A DNA stretch of 63,999 nt, the filler included, from Asterionella formosa (taxonomy: Eukaryota): assembly GCA_002256025.1 (NCBI GenBank). It is 10 parts of 10 records of this genome, joined end to end, with 100 filler letters (N's around TTAATTAATTAA, not from the genome) between each part and the next. Parts side by side here need not be neighbours in the genome. Positions count along the whole stretch, not along the records: positions 32,291 to 38,648 come from NKIB01012735.1; positions 38,749 to 45,106 come from NKIB01012736.1; positions 45,207 to 51,564 come from NKIB01012737.1; 7 more parts are not named here. One strand, written 5' to 3'. Below the pieces are notes generated by a model. It saw nothing but the letters and a program-made list of their open reading frames with translations. It ran no database searches and was not told where the DNA came from. Shown in pieces: positions 37,417 to 49,169 of this stretch. A program made the position numbers and the translations under genes. Each line of letters starts with the position of its first letter. Positions within the stretch are counted from its first letter, which is position 1.

Positions 37417-37480
37417 AACTACAATGTGTCACATGTGAAACAAGGGAAGGAACTTTTGTGAACTAGTGATGCAATAAAAT

Positions 37481-38497
37481 TTATTTTTTTAATGGTGCCA
37501 ATCCTAATTTAGCTCGTTGCTCATTCCAATATTCTTCTGAATTTTCGTCCACTTTCATTGAGTCACGTTCCGGAATAAGAATTGTCCGATCGTTTTTGGA
37601 TGGTTTGAATAGCATTCCATAAGTTCGATTGCTTGATTTTTTGGATTGCTTTGCTATTATCGGTAGCTCTTCTTCACGACACCGTTTGTTGCTGGGAACA
37701 CTAGCAATTGAAGTCGTATTCCCCGGGTAGGTGCTTCGATCCTGCTGATTTGGATCGTGAATCTCCCCCTTATCGTGATGTGAATTCCCTTGTCGGGGCG
37801 AGCGAGATTTATTCCATTGCTGCTGTTCCTCTAGAAGTGCTCGTTTTCGTTCAAGCCGTTGTTCCCAAACCACCTTGGCAGCAAGGCTCCCATGGTCAAC
37901 TTTCAACTTCAGATAGTCGTTCAACGATTGTCCCGGTTCCAACACAATGGGTGATTGATAGGGGTCTAAGTAGCCTTCGTCTTCCAATGTCTTTCGTGCA
38001 GTCAATCGCGGCAATGAAATGCCACAGACACGGGATTGCGTCAATAAGGAATGTATGAACTCATCCACATGAATCAATTTCCATTCATACATGTCTCGGT
38101 ATCGCAACTTTCGATAATCCACCAACCATGGCTCCAGGGATTTGTACACATCTGCCGGTCTCCGGGCCGAGAGTCGCACATATAAGGCGGCCAACACTCG
38201 GACATGTTTGAACTCTTCATTTTGTAAAAACTCTTCCAGAAGAGATGGGTCTGGTTGAATTTGCAGTAATTTCAATGTCAGTGATAGGAACTTTGTTGGC
38301 TGACTGTTCCCACCAAAGGAGGCTCCGATGCATTTAAGTTTGGATGCCTTTTCTAATACCCCCACTACTGACAATCCAAAACATTCTTCTTTCCAGTATC
38401 GAGAATCGTAAATCTTTTGCCGAGTGATGTATTCCATGAGTGATTGTGGGTCTGTTCCGTGAACGGCATTGGCCAACGGATCTGTCACGTTTGCCAT
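37481..38497 (-). CDS. PRP38: Pre-mRNA splicing factor PRP38A
   Basis: MANVTDPLANAVHGTDPQSLMEYITRQKIYDSRYWKEECFGL..LKLLQIQPD..DYRKLR..HVDEFI. Confidence 0.95.
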   Translation of the reverse strand: MANVTDPLANAVHGTDPQSLMEYITRQKIYDSRYWKEECFGLSVVGVLEKASKLKCIGASFGGNSQPTKFLSLTLKLLQIQPDPSLLEEFLQNEEFKHVRVLAALYVRLSARRPADVYKSLEPWLVDYRKLRYRDMYEWKLIHVDEFIHSLLTQSRVCGISLPRLTARKTLEDEGYLDPYQSPIVLEPGQSLNDYLKLKVDHGSLAAKVVWEQRLERKRALLEEQQQWNKSRSPRQGNSHHDKGEIHDPNQQDRSTYPGNTTSIASVPSNKRCREEELPIIAKQSKKSSNRTYGMLFKPSKNDRTILIPERDSMKVDENSEEYWNEQRAKLGLAPLKK

Positions 38498-38910
38498 GGC
38501 TATTTCGCAGTTATCGTTTGCTTTTGCTTAGTCTGTTGTCGAATTTTGTCTTCGAAAGACTTGATCAATCCAATTGATGATACTACGCCTGAACAAGCAT
38601 CCATGGAAAGGAAGCGAAATGCAGATAACAGCAGTGCATGCAGTGCATNNNNNNNNNNNNNNNNNNNNNNNNNNNNNNNNNNNNNNNNNNNNTTAATTAA
38701 TTAANNNNNNNNNNNNNNNNNNNNNNNNNNNNNNNNNNNNNNNNNNNNTTCACGTCGATCGTTTCGCCCGCCTTGATACAGTATTGCTCAAATCATCTGC
38801 ACCACTTTCCATAAGTTTCGAAATTTCAACCCGCTTCCAAGTATCGCCGCTATCGAGAGAGTCCCACAGCTTCGATGTATTTATCTTTTCTTACAGAAAA
38901 GGGATTCACC

Positions 38911-41900
38911 ATGAATAATCGCTCATTCAAGTGGACACGACGCGTAGTGACTTTATTTTTATTCTGTTCTGTTTTCACGGGGTCATCCACTGACGGTGGA
39001 CAAGAGATATCGCCTAAGCCATACAGCGAGATCAAACAGGAAACTGAACTCCAAAACCTCATCGATTCCAACGACTTTGAAGGGGCGTTACAGAGGCTTA
39101 CGGATTTCCCAGAGGAAGCTTCGGTTTTGGTCCAAGTCAAGGAGTTCAAAGATATTGTGGCAAGTCACATGGCTCTGCACGCTGCGTTTCTTGTCGATAT
39201 TCCAGCCCAACTCAATGACGCCAAGAACGAAGGCCCTATGCTTCAGCCTCAACTTGATTTGATCATTTCCCTTCTGAAAGCCAATCCTAAGGCCTGCGCT
39301 CAAAAGGACTTGAAGAAACGAAGTCCGTTGCAACTTGCAATGTCATCTACGAAAATTGCCCCAAGAAACGTCATTGAAATGATCATTGCGGCATACCCTC
39401 CCGCCATCAGAGCTCGGGACTCAGAAGAACGCCTACCCCTACATTTAGCTGTATCGAATCCTATGACGAGCATCGAAAATATCCAGACGCTCCTCGAGGC
39501 TTACCCAGGGGCCGTGGATGTACAGGACGAAGACGAGGCACTTCCCATTCATCTTGCGGCTTGGGGCGGCGCCACACCGCAAGCCATGTCTGTGATTAAA
39601 CTTTTGCACAAGCAGAATCCTTCAAACATGGGGGTGAGTGATGGTGACTCCGAGACAGTTTTGAGTCTCATGGCAAAGTATGGCCGTACAACAGAAGAGG
39701 CTATGGAGTATGTTGTGAATCTTGAATCAAATGCTGTCTTGAGCGATCGAGATGAACTGGAGGGAAATACCATTTTACATTTTGCTGTTCAGTCATCCCG
39801 CCTGAACAACAATACTATCTACGTCCCGGTGTTGAAGGCACATCCTGATGCCACCAAAAAGATTAATCAGATTGGACAATTGCCACTTCATGTTGCCTTG
39901 CGTGACTGCTGTTCATCTCAGCAACTTATTCAGGATCTATTGAAAACTTATCCTCAAGGAGCGAAGCGTCTTGATGGAGATGGAATGCTGCCACTTCATC
40001 ATGCTTGCCAACACGGAGTGTCGGACATCAGCGTACTCACGAATCTAGTTGAAGCGTTTCCAGACTCGGTCAAGGTTCCAGTAATTCTACACGGAGAAAA
40101 CAAGAAGATATACCCCCTTCACTTGGCGATGAGACATTCTGCTGAGAAAGGAAGATATTTCGACACACAGAATGATATTATTTATCATCTCCTTGAGAAA
40201 TTTCCAGAGAGTTCGAAAGTTCGGGATTCTCAGGTCGGGTTGTATCCATTTCAAATTGCATTGCTGAGTCGTCGACCAGTGAAGATCTTGAAGAAATTGA
40301 TGGCCATTACCCCCGAAGCGTTATCAGAGTCAATTGAAATCGTCGAGAAGTTAGGCAAGAAGAGATCCACCACAGCTTTACATGTTTTTGCGTCAGTTGC
40401 ACCCACTTATTTGTCTCCAGCGGAAATCAGGGATATTGTGAAGTCGATATTTAGTTACGCTCCGGATTGTGCTGTGCAGAAGGATGGGAATGGGCGACTT
40501 CCATTACATGATGTGTGGACTACTGTGACAGAATATAATCCCGAGAGTCGGGATGCAATGGTCGACTTGTTGCTGCAAATAAATCCTCATGCGGCAAAGG
40601 TTTTTGACAAGAAGGACAAGTCGCCTCTTTCCTACGCGGTGTTTCAACGCGACCTTTTTGGTGTACAAAAACTCCTACCCCTTTACCCAGAAGCAGCAAA
40701 GAAAAAGGCACTAGACGATTCTTTTCCACTCCACCAACTCTGTGATTTAGGGGCGAAAGGAGTTTTTACAGAGAATATTGATATCATAATGGATCTCCTT
40801 CTGGAAATCAACCCACAGGCAGCTTTTGAAGTCGACCAAGACGGAGACTTGCCCCTTCACAAGATTGCAATGTCAGCTGGATTTGATAGCATTAAGAGGA
40901 GTACCATTAATAAGTTGATTGAAGCGAATCCGGAGGCTACGAATACGACCAATTCCAATGATCGACAGCCTCTAATGGTTGCTGTTATCAGCGCCACAAA
41001 AAGTGAGTCGGATTCGAATGCTGAATTCTGGATTGGTATGATTGAAGCCCTTCTTCAAGCGAACCCACAGTCGGCTGCACGACACGCGGAAGGTGGCAAG
41101 ACAGCATTAGCAAAAGTCTTGTTTGATATTGAATCTCTCAACACGAATCGCCGAAGAGAGGACGACCCGCTGCTTCGAATTCTGGAAATGCTCTATAAGT
41201 TGAACCCTCAGTCAGTTCTAGCGCGTGACGCTCGAAATCGAACCGCACTTCATACTATCGCCACACTTCTTGGAGATATGGGAGGAATGACTCCGGATTC
41301 ATGGAAGGAGTTTGCAATTCAAATCATGCATGACTTCCCTGAGGTTGGTGTTGGTGTCGACAATGGTCAAAGAACGCCATTGTTCCTGTACACCCTATAT
41401 CTTGGCGACACAGCGGTTGCCACAAGGGAGTCGCAGGATGCAAGGACCACAAGATATATAGATAATATCGGCGAGCTGCTTCACCAGTTCATCGTCCTCA
41501 ACCCCGACGCATTAGATGTGGTGGACGAGTATGACTTAACACCACTTGCTCAGATCTCGAATAGTCGCTTGGCCACTGTGAGAGGCTCCAAGCGATACAA
41601 TTTAAGCCCAATTATCAAAGTAATGAAACGACTCCTCTCCCGAGACGCCTCGTATTGGAAGTTGGCAAGCCGATTTGAGTTGTCTCTCCGAAACTTCAAG
41701 AGGAATATCGAAGAGCTTGATTGTATATCGTTATCGTTAACCTACAAGGACATCCGAAATGATCTGGATTCCACACTAAAGGAACTAGATGTCGATTTGG
41801 ACCCCTCGATAGATCAACCCTCCTGCAAAGAGGATTGGAATGAGGTATGCCAAATGTGTCCTGAACTGTCTGAGTGCTTGGTAACAATTGACAATGATTT

Positions 41901-41967
41901 GTCGTCCTTGTCAACAATCCTCGATTCCAGGAACACTTACTTAACAGGTATAAAAGTAGATTTGTAG
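38911..41967 (+). CDS. Large ankyrin-repeat protein with N-terminal signal or TM segment (upstream in-frame ATG at 38875)
   Basis: Many (D..G).LPLH.A...LL.AYP repeats over ~850 aa; hydrophobic VVTLFLFCSVFTG. Confidence 0.88.
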   Translation: MNNRSFKWTRRVVTLFLFCSVFTGSSTDGGQEISPKPYSEIKQETELQNLIDSNDFEGALQRLTDFPEEASVLVQVKEFKDIVASHMALHAAFLVDIPAQLNDAKNEGPMLQPQLDLIISLLKANPKACAQKDLKKRSPLQLAMSSTKIAPRNVIEMIIAAYPPAIRARDSEERLPLHLAVSNPMTSIENIQTLLEAYPGAVDVQDEDEALPIHLAAWGGATPQAMSVIKLLHKQNPSNMGVSDGDSETVLSLMAKYGRTTEEAMEYVVNLESNAVLSDRDELEGNTILHFAVQSSRLNNNTIYVPVLKAHPDATKKINQIGQLPLHVALRDCCSSQQLIQDLLKTYPQGAKRLDGDGMLPLHHACQHGVSDISVLTNLVEAFPDSVKVPVILHGENKKIYPLHLAMRHSAEKGRYFDTQNDIIYHLLEKFPESSKVRDSQVGLYPFQIALLSRRPVKILKKLMAITPEALSESIEIVEKLGKKRSTTALHVFASVAPTYLSPAEIRDIVKSIFSYAPDCAVQKDGNGRLPLHDVWTTVTEYNPESRDAMVDLLLQINPHAAKVFDKKDKSPLSYAVFQRDLFGVQKLLPLYPEAAKKKALDDSFPLHQLCDLGAKGVFTENIDIIMDLLLEINPQAAFEVDQDGDLPLHKIAMSAGFDSIKRSTINKLIEANPEATNTTNSNDRQPLMVAVISATKSESDSNAEFWIGMIEALLQANPQSAARHAEGGKTALAKVLFDIESLNTNRRREDDPLLRILEMLYKLNPQSVLARDARNRTALHTIATLLGDMGGMTPDSWKEFAIQIMHDFPEVGVGVDNGQRTPLFLYTLYLGDTAVATRESQDARTTRYIDNIGELLHQFIVLNPDALDVVDEYDLTPLAQISNSRLATVRGSKRYNLSPIIKVMKRLLSRDASYWKLASRFELSLRNFKRNIEELDCISLSLTYKDIRNDLDSTLKELDVDLDPSIDQPSCKEDWNEVCQMCPELSECLVTIDNDLSSLSTILDSRNTYLTGIKVDL

Positions 41968-42019
41968 CTTTAAGTATAGTTTCAAGCCAATCATGCATTA
42001 TACTTCAATTTTAATGGTT

Positions 42020-43255
42020 TCAATTAAAACTGACATCGCCTAGCTCCAATATTGTTCGGATTTGCTGGATGACTGGAATGTACTTACTGGTGGAACTTTT
42101 GGAACTGAACCGCGAGAAAGGCTTCTGGATGTAAAAGCTGTTTGAAGTAGCTTTCAGCTTGGTGACAACAGTTGCCAATGGCTTTTTCGTGTATTGACAC
42201 ACATGTTCAGGTAGATTGCCTTGATCGTCAAGAAAAATGTGCAACCAGAATTGATTCTTCATAATGTCAAAGGTTGCACAAAGAGAGTCTCGTAGTGCAT
42301 CTTCGAAAACTGGACTTTCCATTAAATCCCATGTTTCATCGAGAGTAGAACGAGCCAAGTCATCTTCATTCTCAAAGTCTGCCGCTTGCTCTGTGGGTAA
42401 TAAGAACCGCAATATGCTTCTTGGTCGCCGAGATGACTTCTTGGACCTACCCTCGACGATCTCTCGGATCTCTTGAATCGCGTCATTTAACATTTCGGAT
42501 GTTGTATTTATGGATTCTGGGTTCGTCACATCCCAGTCTCCCATCACTGTCATGACTGCTCGCTCCACAGTTTCTGCTAAAAGGACGATGCCTGTCTCAA
42601 AAAAGTACTCGTACGTTCTTGTCAAAACAAGTCGATGCGACGCTTGATAGGAGGTCATGCGATCCGACGCCAAGCTATCTGCACCAATCGATCTCGCTGT
42701 GGTCTGGATTTTCATTTGCTCATCGAAAAGATGTCCACCTAGCAAATGAACTTGCACGGTGAGAACTAAAAGAAGAATAGAATGGCCATATGCAGTTGTG
42801 ATCATCTTTGTCATGGCCTTCGTCTTGATTGAATCCCAATGTTCCTTTTCTTCAGATCTGCTATCCTCACTCCTTTCGGAACGCATTCTCTTCAATTCCT
42901 TCGTTTCAAGCGTCGTGTCTGTCAAGTTCTCAATTGCACGCCGCATCGTAGGAAGAAAGTCAATAAGAGCGTTAGCCGTTTCTTCCCGGCATCGTTCCAT
43001 TCGTTGACGCCGTAATCTCCATCGCTGACGACTGATATCTAGATTATGCCGCTGCCGCGGCGGATCTGAAACGATAACGTCCCTCATTCCCGAAATGGCG
43101 GGTTGCTCCTGTTCTTCATCCTCCGTTTTCGTCCAAGATTGCCAAGCCCAGTTTGCCAGCTGGTACGTTCCATATGCAAGCACAGCGGCAGTCACCATCG
43201 ATCCAACTGACGGTGCCGAAGCTTTCTGTCGTCGCCTCCTTTGTTGAGTACTCAT
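42020..43255 (-). CDS. PEX3: Peroxin-3
   Basis: Basic N-terminus plus TM segment, WDSIK..MTKMITTAY..LLVLTVQVHLLGG, LDETWDLMESPVF. Confidence 0.88.
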   Translation of the reverse strand: MSTQQRRRRQKASAPSVGSMVTAAVLAYGTYQLANWAWQSWTKTEDEEQEQPAISGMRDVIVSDPPRQRHNLDISRQRWRLRRQRMERCREETANALIDFLPTMRRAIENLTDTTLETKELKRMRSERSEDSRSEEKEHWDSIKTKAMTKMITTAYGHSILLLVLTVQVHLLGGHLFDEQMKIQTTARSIGADSLASDRMTSYQASHRLVLTRTYEYFFETGIVLLAETVERAVMTVMGDWDVTNPESINTTSEMLNDAIQEIREIVEGRSKKSSRRPRSILRFLLPTEQAADFENEDDLARSTLDETWDLMESPVFEDALRDSLCATFDIMKNQFWLHIFLDDQGNLPEHVCQYTKKPLATVVTKLKATSNSFYIQKPFSRFSSKSSTSKYIPVIQQIRTILELGDVSFN

Positions 43256-43979
43256 TTTGGTTCGAAGAATCTCACCTCTGACGACACAACATCAACGAAC
43301 GCTCGAATAAAAAGAACAGCGAAGGAGTCCAGTATAGTTCGTATTTATAAACGTCGTTTTGTCAACTCTTCTATCGTACGAGATGAGGATTACAGTTGCA
43401 GTTGATATACCGAATAATTAGACAGAGAGTAAGAGAAGAAGCCTCCACAAAAGCCGAATGGGACGGCAAGCAACGGTGTATGAATTGTGTTTTAAGCTGC
43501 GCACTGGTTGGGCTCGCTCTATTGTTCTGATAACAAACAACGAGATGCATACCGGTATTACAAGAAGAACTGAAATGTTCATTGATGCTGCCTTTATTCA
43601 CATTTTATTATTTCATGAGAGGCATATTACCTTATTCCAGCGCAAAACACTGCGGCGTGTGATTGTAAAAACAAACAACCCTAAGCAAATTTATGAATAT
43701 ATTAAGACCTGTCTGTCTACATTCTTAATTTGATATATTGGTATCGTAGTTACATAGGTGTTTTTATTGATACATGAATATGATGATATGAACATTCTGC
43801 CTTTGGGTATGCAGTACATGTAAAACTGTGTGCCGGTTGTAAGCAACGGTGCTTTTGTCGACTACCGGGTAAATGCTTTAATCAGCACTGAATGGGTTTT
43901 GTGCACAGCATCCAAGTCTGCGAGTCCAGGAGGCGACGAGTTCAAGTGATAATGTTGTAGCATGTCATCGCTCTCCGAA

Positions 43980-44960
43980 CTAGGCAGCCCGATTCGCGAT
44001 GACCACCAACTTGTCGGCTTCTGAAGCAGGTAAAACAATGGAGCGTGCAGGAGAGTTTGGCTTTTCGGGCTCTTTGATTCGTGCATTCCACTGCTCTGGC
44101 TTGGTTGTAGTGCTGAGTTTGGGCTTCATGGTAGCGCTAACCTTTGTTGATTCTTGTTCTGTCTTTGATATTAATCCCGAATTTCGTCGCTTTGAAACCA
44201 TCACCATCGATGCTCGGTGAGCCGTCTTCAAGAGAGATAAGCTTTGACGTCGCATGGCGAGGTACAAAGCCCCTGTGTCAAATTCCAAAGAAATCTCATC
44301 AAGCTTGTCGGGGTCCCATAAAGTGTACGATCCTCGAATGACACCAGGGGTTTCCATCACGACGACCGTTCTGCGGTAACCCAGAATAAGCAAGTTTACC
44401 TTAACCATGAACGAAATTGGAAGCTCCACAACTCTAACATCACCGTGAGAGACTTTGAGAGTTCCACTACTCAAGGAAGCAGGGACAACTTTCGTCATCG
44501 ACAAAGTGAAGGAGATGGGATGAGAAGTTGCCAGAACCCGAATAGCTTGAGCACGTAAAGTATTGTTATTCAATCCCTTACTTTTGTAGTAGCACGGAAG
44601 TTGATCAATAGCGTCCTCGAGATATCGTGCTCTGGTTTCGTCGACCACAGTTCCAAACGAAGTAGTGACATTGCGAAGAAGCGTTTCCGGGATTGTGCTC
44701 GCGTTTGCCTTATAGACCTTGATACTCTCCGACATCCATGTTGATGAATACAACAGATCCTTGCGACTCTGAATGCTTTGACGACTCTGAAGAGGACCTA
44801 GCCACAAACTAGGAAACTTGCAAGTTGATTCTGGCCCATGAAGGTTCAATGCTAGGCGGCTCGATACAGAAGAAATCAATTGTGTCTCCCCGCCATCGGC
44901 TGAGCGGACGCTGCCCAGGTGAGAGGCAAATGAGCTGAGAGATTGCATTGGAGTTACCAT
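43980..44960 (-). CDS. Hypothetical protein (326 aa), probably a diatom-restricted family
   Basis: Long intact ATG-initiated ORF; no recognised domain. Confidence 0.65.
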   Translation of the reverse strand: MVTPMQSLSSFASHLGSVRSADGGETQLISSVSSRLALNLHGPESTCKFPSLWLGPLQSRQSIQSRKDLLYSSTWMSESIKVYKANASTIPETLLRNVTTSFGTVVDETRARYLEDAIDQLPCYYKSKGLNNNTLRAQAIRVLATSHPISFTLSMTKVVPASLSSGTLKVSHGDVRVVELPISFMVKVNLLILGYRRTVVVMETPGVIRGSYTLWDPDKLDEISLEFDTGALYLAMRRQSLSLLKTAHRASMVMVSKRRNSGLISKTEQESTKVSATMKPKLSTTTKPEQWNARIKEPEKPNSPARSIVLPASEADKLVVIANRAA

Positions 44961-45237
44961 TTTGGAGAATATGAATGAATAGCGAAAGGTATGAATATAG
45001 CAAGAGATAACTGAAAACTATAAGTTGTACACTTGTGCATGTGTATACAAATCATTTATTACCCTCTTCGAATAAAATAGAGAGTCATCGAAAAGGGGCC
45101 CCCAAGNNNNNNNNNNNNNNNNNNNNNNNNNNNNNNNNNNNNNNNNNNNNTTAATTAATTAANNNNNNNNNNNNNNNNNNNNNNNNNNNNNNNNNNNNNN
45201 NNNNNNTTCCATGACCAGGAAAGCATTCTGAGCCCCC

Positions 45238-48200
45238 ATGGCGAGTAAATGGCAAGGAAATAAGGATGGGCTGCCCCCTCGGCGGCATCGCCCGCTACAG
45301 AAGCGCCTGACGCTGAGACAGGTCTCTAAACGAGCCGCTCTGACTAGTAAAAGAATGGTGAGAGCGAATCAAATCTTTATTTATTTATTTCACTGATCTG
45401 ATGATTCTTTACATGAAGTCACTCATGAACATGAAACTGCTTGCTACGCACGTTTTTGTCATTTGTAGATTTGGGATTCCAACGATGCTTCCATTGATGT
45501 CGCGCAATCAGCTGTTGACCATTGGGAAGCTACGTACAATGCACTTCGTGGCTTGCTCGTCGCATCTGTTCACTCAGCGCATGGCCTCTATGGAGCAGCC
45601 AAGGCGGGAGCCAATGGCCTAGAACATGGACTATTGCTCCCGGTTAAAGATTGGATTTTATTGCCTGCTTTTGGAGGGATGGAGAGTATTGTTACAGGAA
45701 CAGGGCGCTTTCTACAATCTCCCGAAGCCGCTCATTTAGCAGAATCATCACTGGGGTTGGTGAAGCAGGTTCCGGTAATTGGCGACAACTTTCTTGCTCC
45801 AGCACTTGTCATAAGTGTCGAAATTATTCAGAAAGCTTGGAAGATTGTTCAATACCCCATTCCATCCAAAGACGTGGTCCGAGACTCCGTCGATGCCATG
45901 TTGACAGCCACCAAGTGGGCGTTAAGTACGGCCGGGAGGGAGATTTACTTCTACACCAAGCGCATGGACGCCAACATTACGAGAACATTGATGCATACTC
46001 AATGGAAAGTTCTAGGGAGTGGACCTTATGCTACGCTTGATAAACTACACAAGATCGAAGTCTTGGATCACATCTGCGAGCGATATTTATCCATAACCGA
46101 AATTGTGGAGCGATACGAACTTATTGGTCACATTCGAATTCACAATCGACAATTATATCGTGACCTTGTACTTAGCGGTCTCCTGCGAGAGAGAGGGGGC
46201 GAGGTAACAAAAGAGGATGAATGGTTGTCCTCCAATCCCTCATATAGATCGTTAGAACCGGCATTTTTGATTCATACCAACGAAGTGGACGTTGAAAATG
46301 ATATCAAAGCCGTCTACTTTCGACTACCCTATCAAAACGGGAAGAAACCTGGCAAGGATGTACCGTGGGTTAGATTTACAGAAGGTGAGAGAATAGTTCT
46401 CGAAGCTAATTACCTCAAAAAAATAAGCACCAATAGTGACGATTCATTGAGTACGTCCGCAATCGAAGGATCACATCCACCAGTAGGAAATGAATGTCAG
46501 AAATTTCCAACTATTGCACAATGGTACAGTCCCAACAATGATGATGTCTTGGTGGATCAGAAACGACATGCAATCTCTTTTCTTCCAGCTTGTGCTCGTT
46601 GTCGACATTGGTTTGGAGAGGTCAAGACTCCCCTTGCACTAAAAAAGAACGGGGACCTCTGCGTCGAGTGCCTGCCATTTTCATCAGAAGAAGAGGTTTA
46701 TCATTTACCTCCTGCAACAGCGATGATAATGAGGCCAACGTTTTGGAGATTTCATGGACAAGGGGATGACGTATGTAGATCAGTTTGGTTCTTAGACACA
46801 CAACGACACGGACTTCAACCATACACTGAAGAGAGCGCGGCTATTCTGGAGGACGCGTATTTGTTTCTGAAATGGCAGAATGGCAACGGAATGCGGAAAG
46901 TAGACATTGATGGGGTACTCTTAACTGTCCAAGTTGCTAGTCCGGATGGCTCGGAGCAACAACTGATACAGTTCAGCTCATTGACTCAAGCTACGGCCAT
47001 CCAGAAGACTCTCGGTGGGGCATTCTCAATTTTTAAACGACGTGTATATCGAGGTCTGCGATTCCAACGAAAAGAATCCAAAGAAAGATCGACATGCACA
47101 CTTTCCGACAATGATTTGACTGTAGATAGTTCCCCATTTCACAACGCAAATTGCGACACCATCGTTCCCGACGAATCAGACTGGGAGCTTCTGGAGACCG
47201 ATTCCGAAGAAAGAGATGGTTTGAGAAGTTCTGTGCAGGTAACTGCTGTGAGATCAATGGCATCCGAGATGCTTGCATATCCAGAAACCAAAATTGTAGA
47301 TGAAAGTAAGTGCTTTGAGCAAACGCACCACTTAGTTCTCATTGTCCACGGAATTGGCGAAATGTTACGTTCGGTAGACGTCATGGGTATGTCCCTGCCA
47401 AGTCTATCGTCCATCATCGATTGTTGTGGTTATTTGAGGAAGAACCATAACGAGGTCCAAAGCAATCAAGAATCTCTTGCATCAATGAGCGGACGAGTCG
47501 AATATCTACCCTGTGAGTGGCATGAAGCCTTTGCATTACAGTCACAGCGACAGCCCACATTTGATCTAGCGCCTGAAAAGAGGAGTGGCAAGTTAGGGGC
47601 GACTTTGAATGATATCTCCCTTAAAACTATACCAAATATGAGAGAATTTGCAAATGATCAGCTGATGGATGTGCTCTATTTCATGTCGCAACAACATCAC
47701 GATGTCATCATTGAAATTGTGGCTACGGAGATGAATGTCGTTGTTAGAAAATTTCGGCAATTGACTGGCTTTNNNNNNNNNNNNNNNNNNNNNNNNNNNN
47801 NNNNNNNNNNNNNNNNNNNNNNNNNNNNNNNNNNNNNNNNNNNNNNNNNNNNNNNNNNNNNNNNNNNNNNNNNNNNNNNNNNNNNNNNNNNNNNNNNNNN
47901 NNNNNNNNNNNNNNNNNNNNNNNNNNNNNNNNNNNNNNNNNNNNNNNNNNNNNNNNNNNNNNNNNNNNNNNNNNNNNNNNNNNNNNNNNNNNNNNNNNNN
48001 NNNNNNNNNNNNNNNNNNNNNNNNNNNNNNNNNNNNNNNNNNNNNNNNNNNNNNNNNNNNNNNNNNNNNNNNNNNNNNNNNNNNNNNNNNNNNNNNNNNN
48101 NNNNNNNNNNNNNNNNNNNNNNNNNNNNNNNNNNNNNNNNNNNNNNNNNNNNNNNNNNNNNNNNNNNNNNNNNNNNNNNNNNNNNNNNNNNNNNNNNNNN

Positions 48201-48973
48201 NNNNNNNNNNNNNNNNNNNNNNNNNNNNNNNNNNNNNNNNNNNNNNNNNNNNNNNNNNNNNNNNNNNNNNNNNNNNNNNNNNNNNNNNNNNNNNNNNNNN
48301 NNNNNNNNNNNNNNNNNNNNNNNNNNNNNNNNNNNNNNNNNNNNNNNNNNNNNNNNNNNNNNNNNNNNNNNNNNNNNNNNNNNNNNNNNNNNNNNNNNNN
48401 NNNNNNNNNNNNNNNNNNNNNNNNNNNNNNNNNNNNNNNNNNNNNNNNNNAAGGGTTTTCAATATTTTCCATCCCTTTGACCCCGTTGCTTACCGCATGG
48501 AACCTTTAATTGACCCACGAAATGCAGATATCGAACCCAAGATTATTTCACACTGGAATGGAGGATATAGAGTTCAATACCAGACGAAACGACTCTGGAA
48601 AAGAATTGTCATTGAAACAAAGAAGACTCAAGAATCCGTGATGGATGTCGTGGAAGCTCAAATGTCACGCCTAGGTCTACTGGACACATTGTCAGAGGAG
48701 GAAGACGAAGCCATGGAAACGTTGTCGGAGGACGTGCCACTTGATCCGATATGTGGTAGTCTGAACGAAGGCCGAAGAATTGACTACATGATACAGGAGA
48801 AAGAGATTGAGAATGCCAACGAATATGTCGCGGCGCTTGCTGCGCACTCCAGCTATTGGACGGAGAAGGACCTGAGCTTGTTTGTTGCTCGTCAAATCGT
48901 TCGAAGCACCCTAGAGTCTGCCTGGATCGATACAACCAAAAGTTCTAACTTCGAATCTGATATTGATTTTTAA
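45238..48973 (+). CDS. DDHD-domain phospholipase A1 (SEC23IP/DDHD-like); intron 45358-45468; spans assembly gap 47773-48450
   Basis: HLVLIVHGIGE, VEYLPCEWH, TIPNMREFANDQLMDVLYF; after the gap FNIFHPFDPVAYRMEPLID, RIDY, AHSSYW. The catalytic Ser motif probably lies in the gap. Confidence 0.88.
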
Positions 48974-49169
48974 TTGATTGGAATACACAACTTTTTGTCT
49001 CCATGTGAAAATGCATTCGTTGAACTCGACAATGGCTAGGTCGCTGTATGACGACAGCGAATGATGCGTCGATTTCTGTCATACTACTAACATTCCTGTA
49101 TAACTATCAGCTCATCTTTCTCGACATGCAACAGCATTAATAACAATTATCATGCATGGACGTGTCCAT

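Noticed and set aside
48451..48497. Apparent frameshift in the DDHD gene
   Set aside because: The frame change comes from the estimated gap length; the post-gap sequence reads FNIFHPFDPVAYRMEP continuously.
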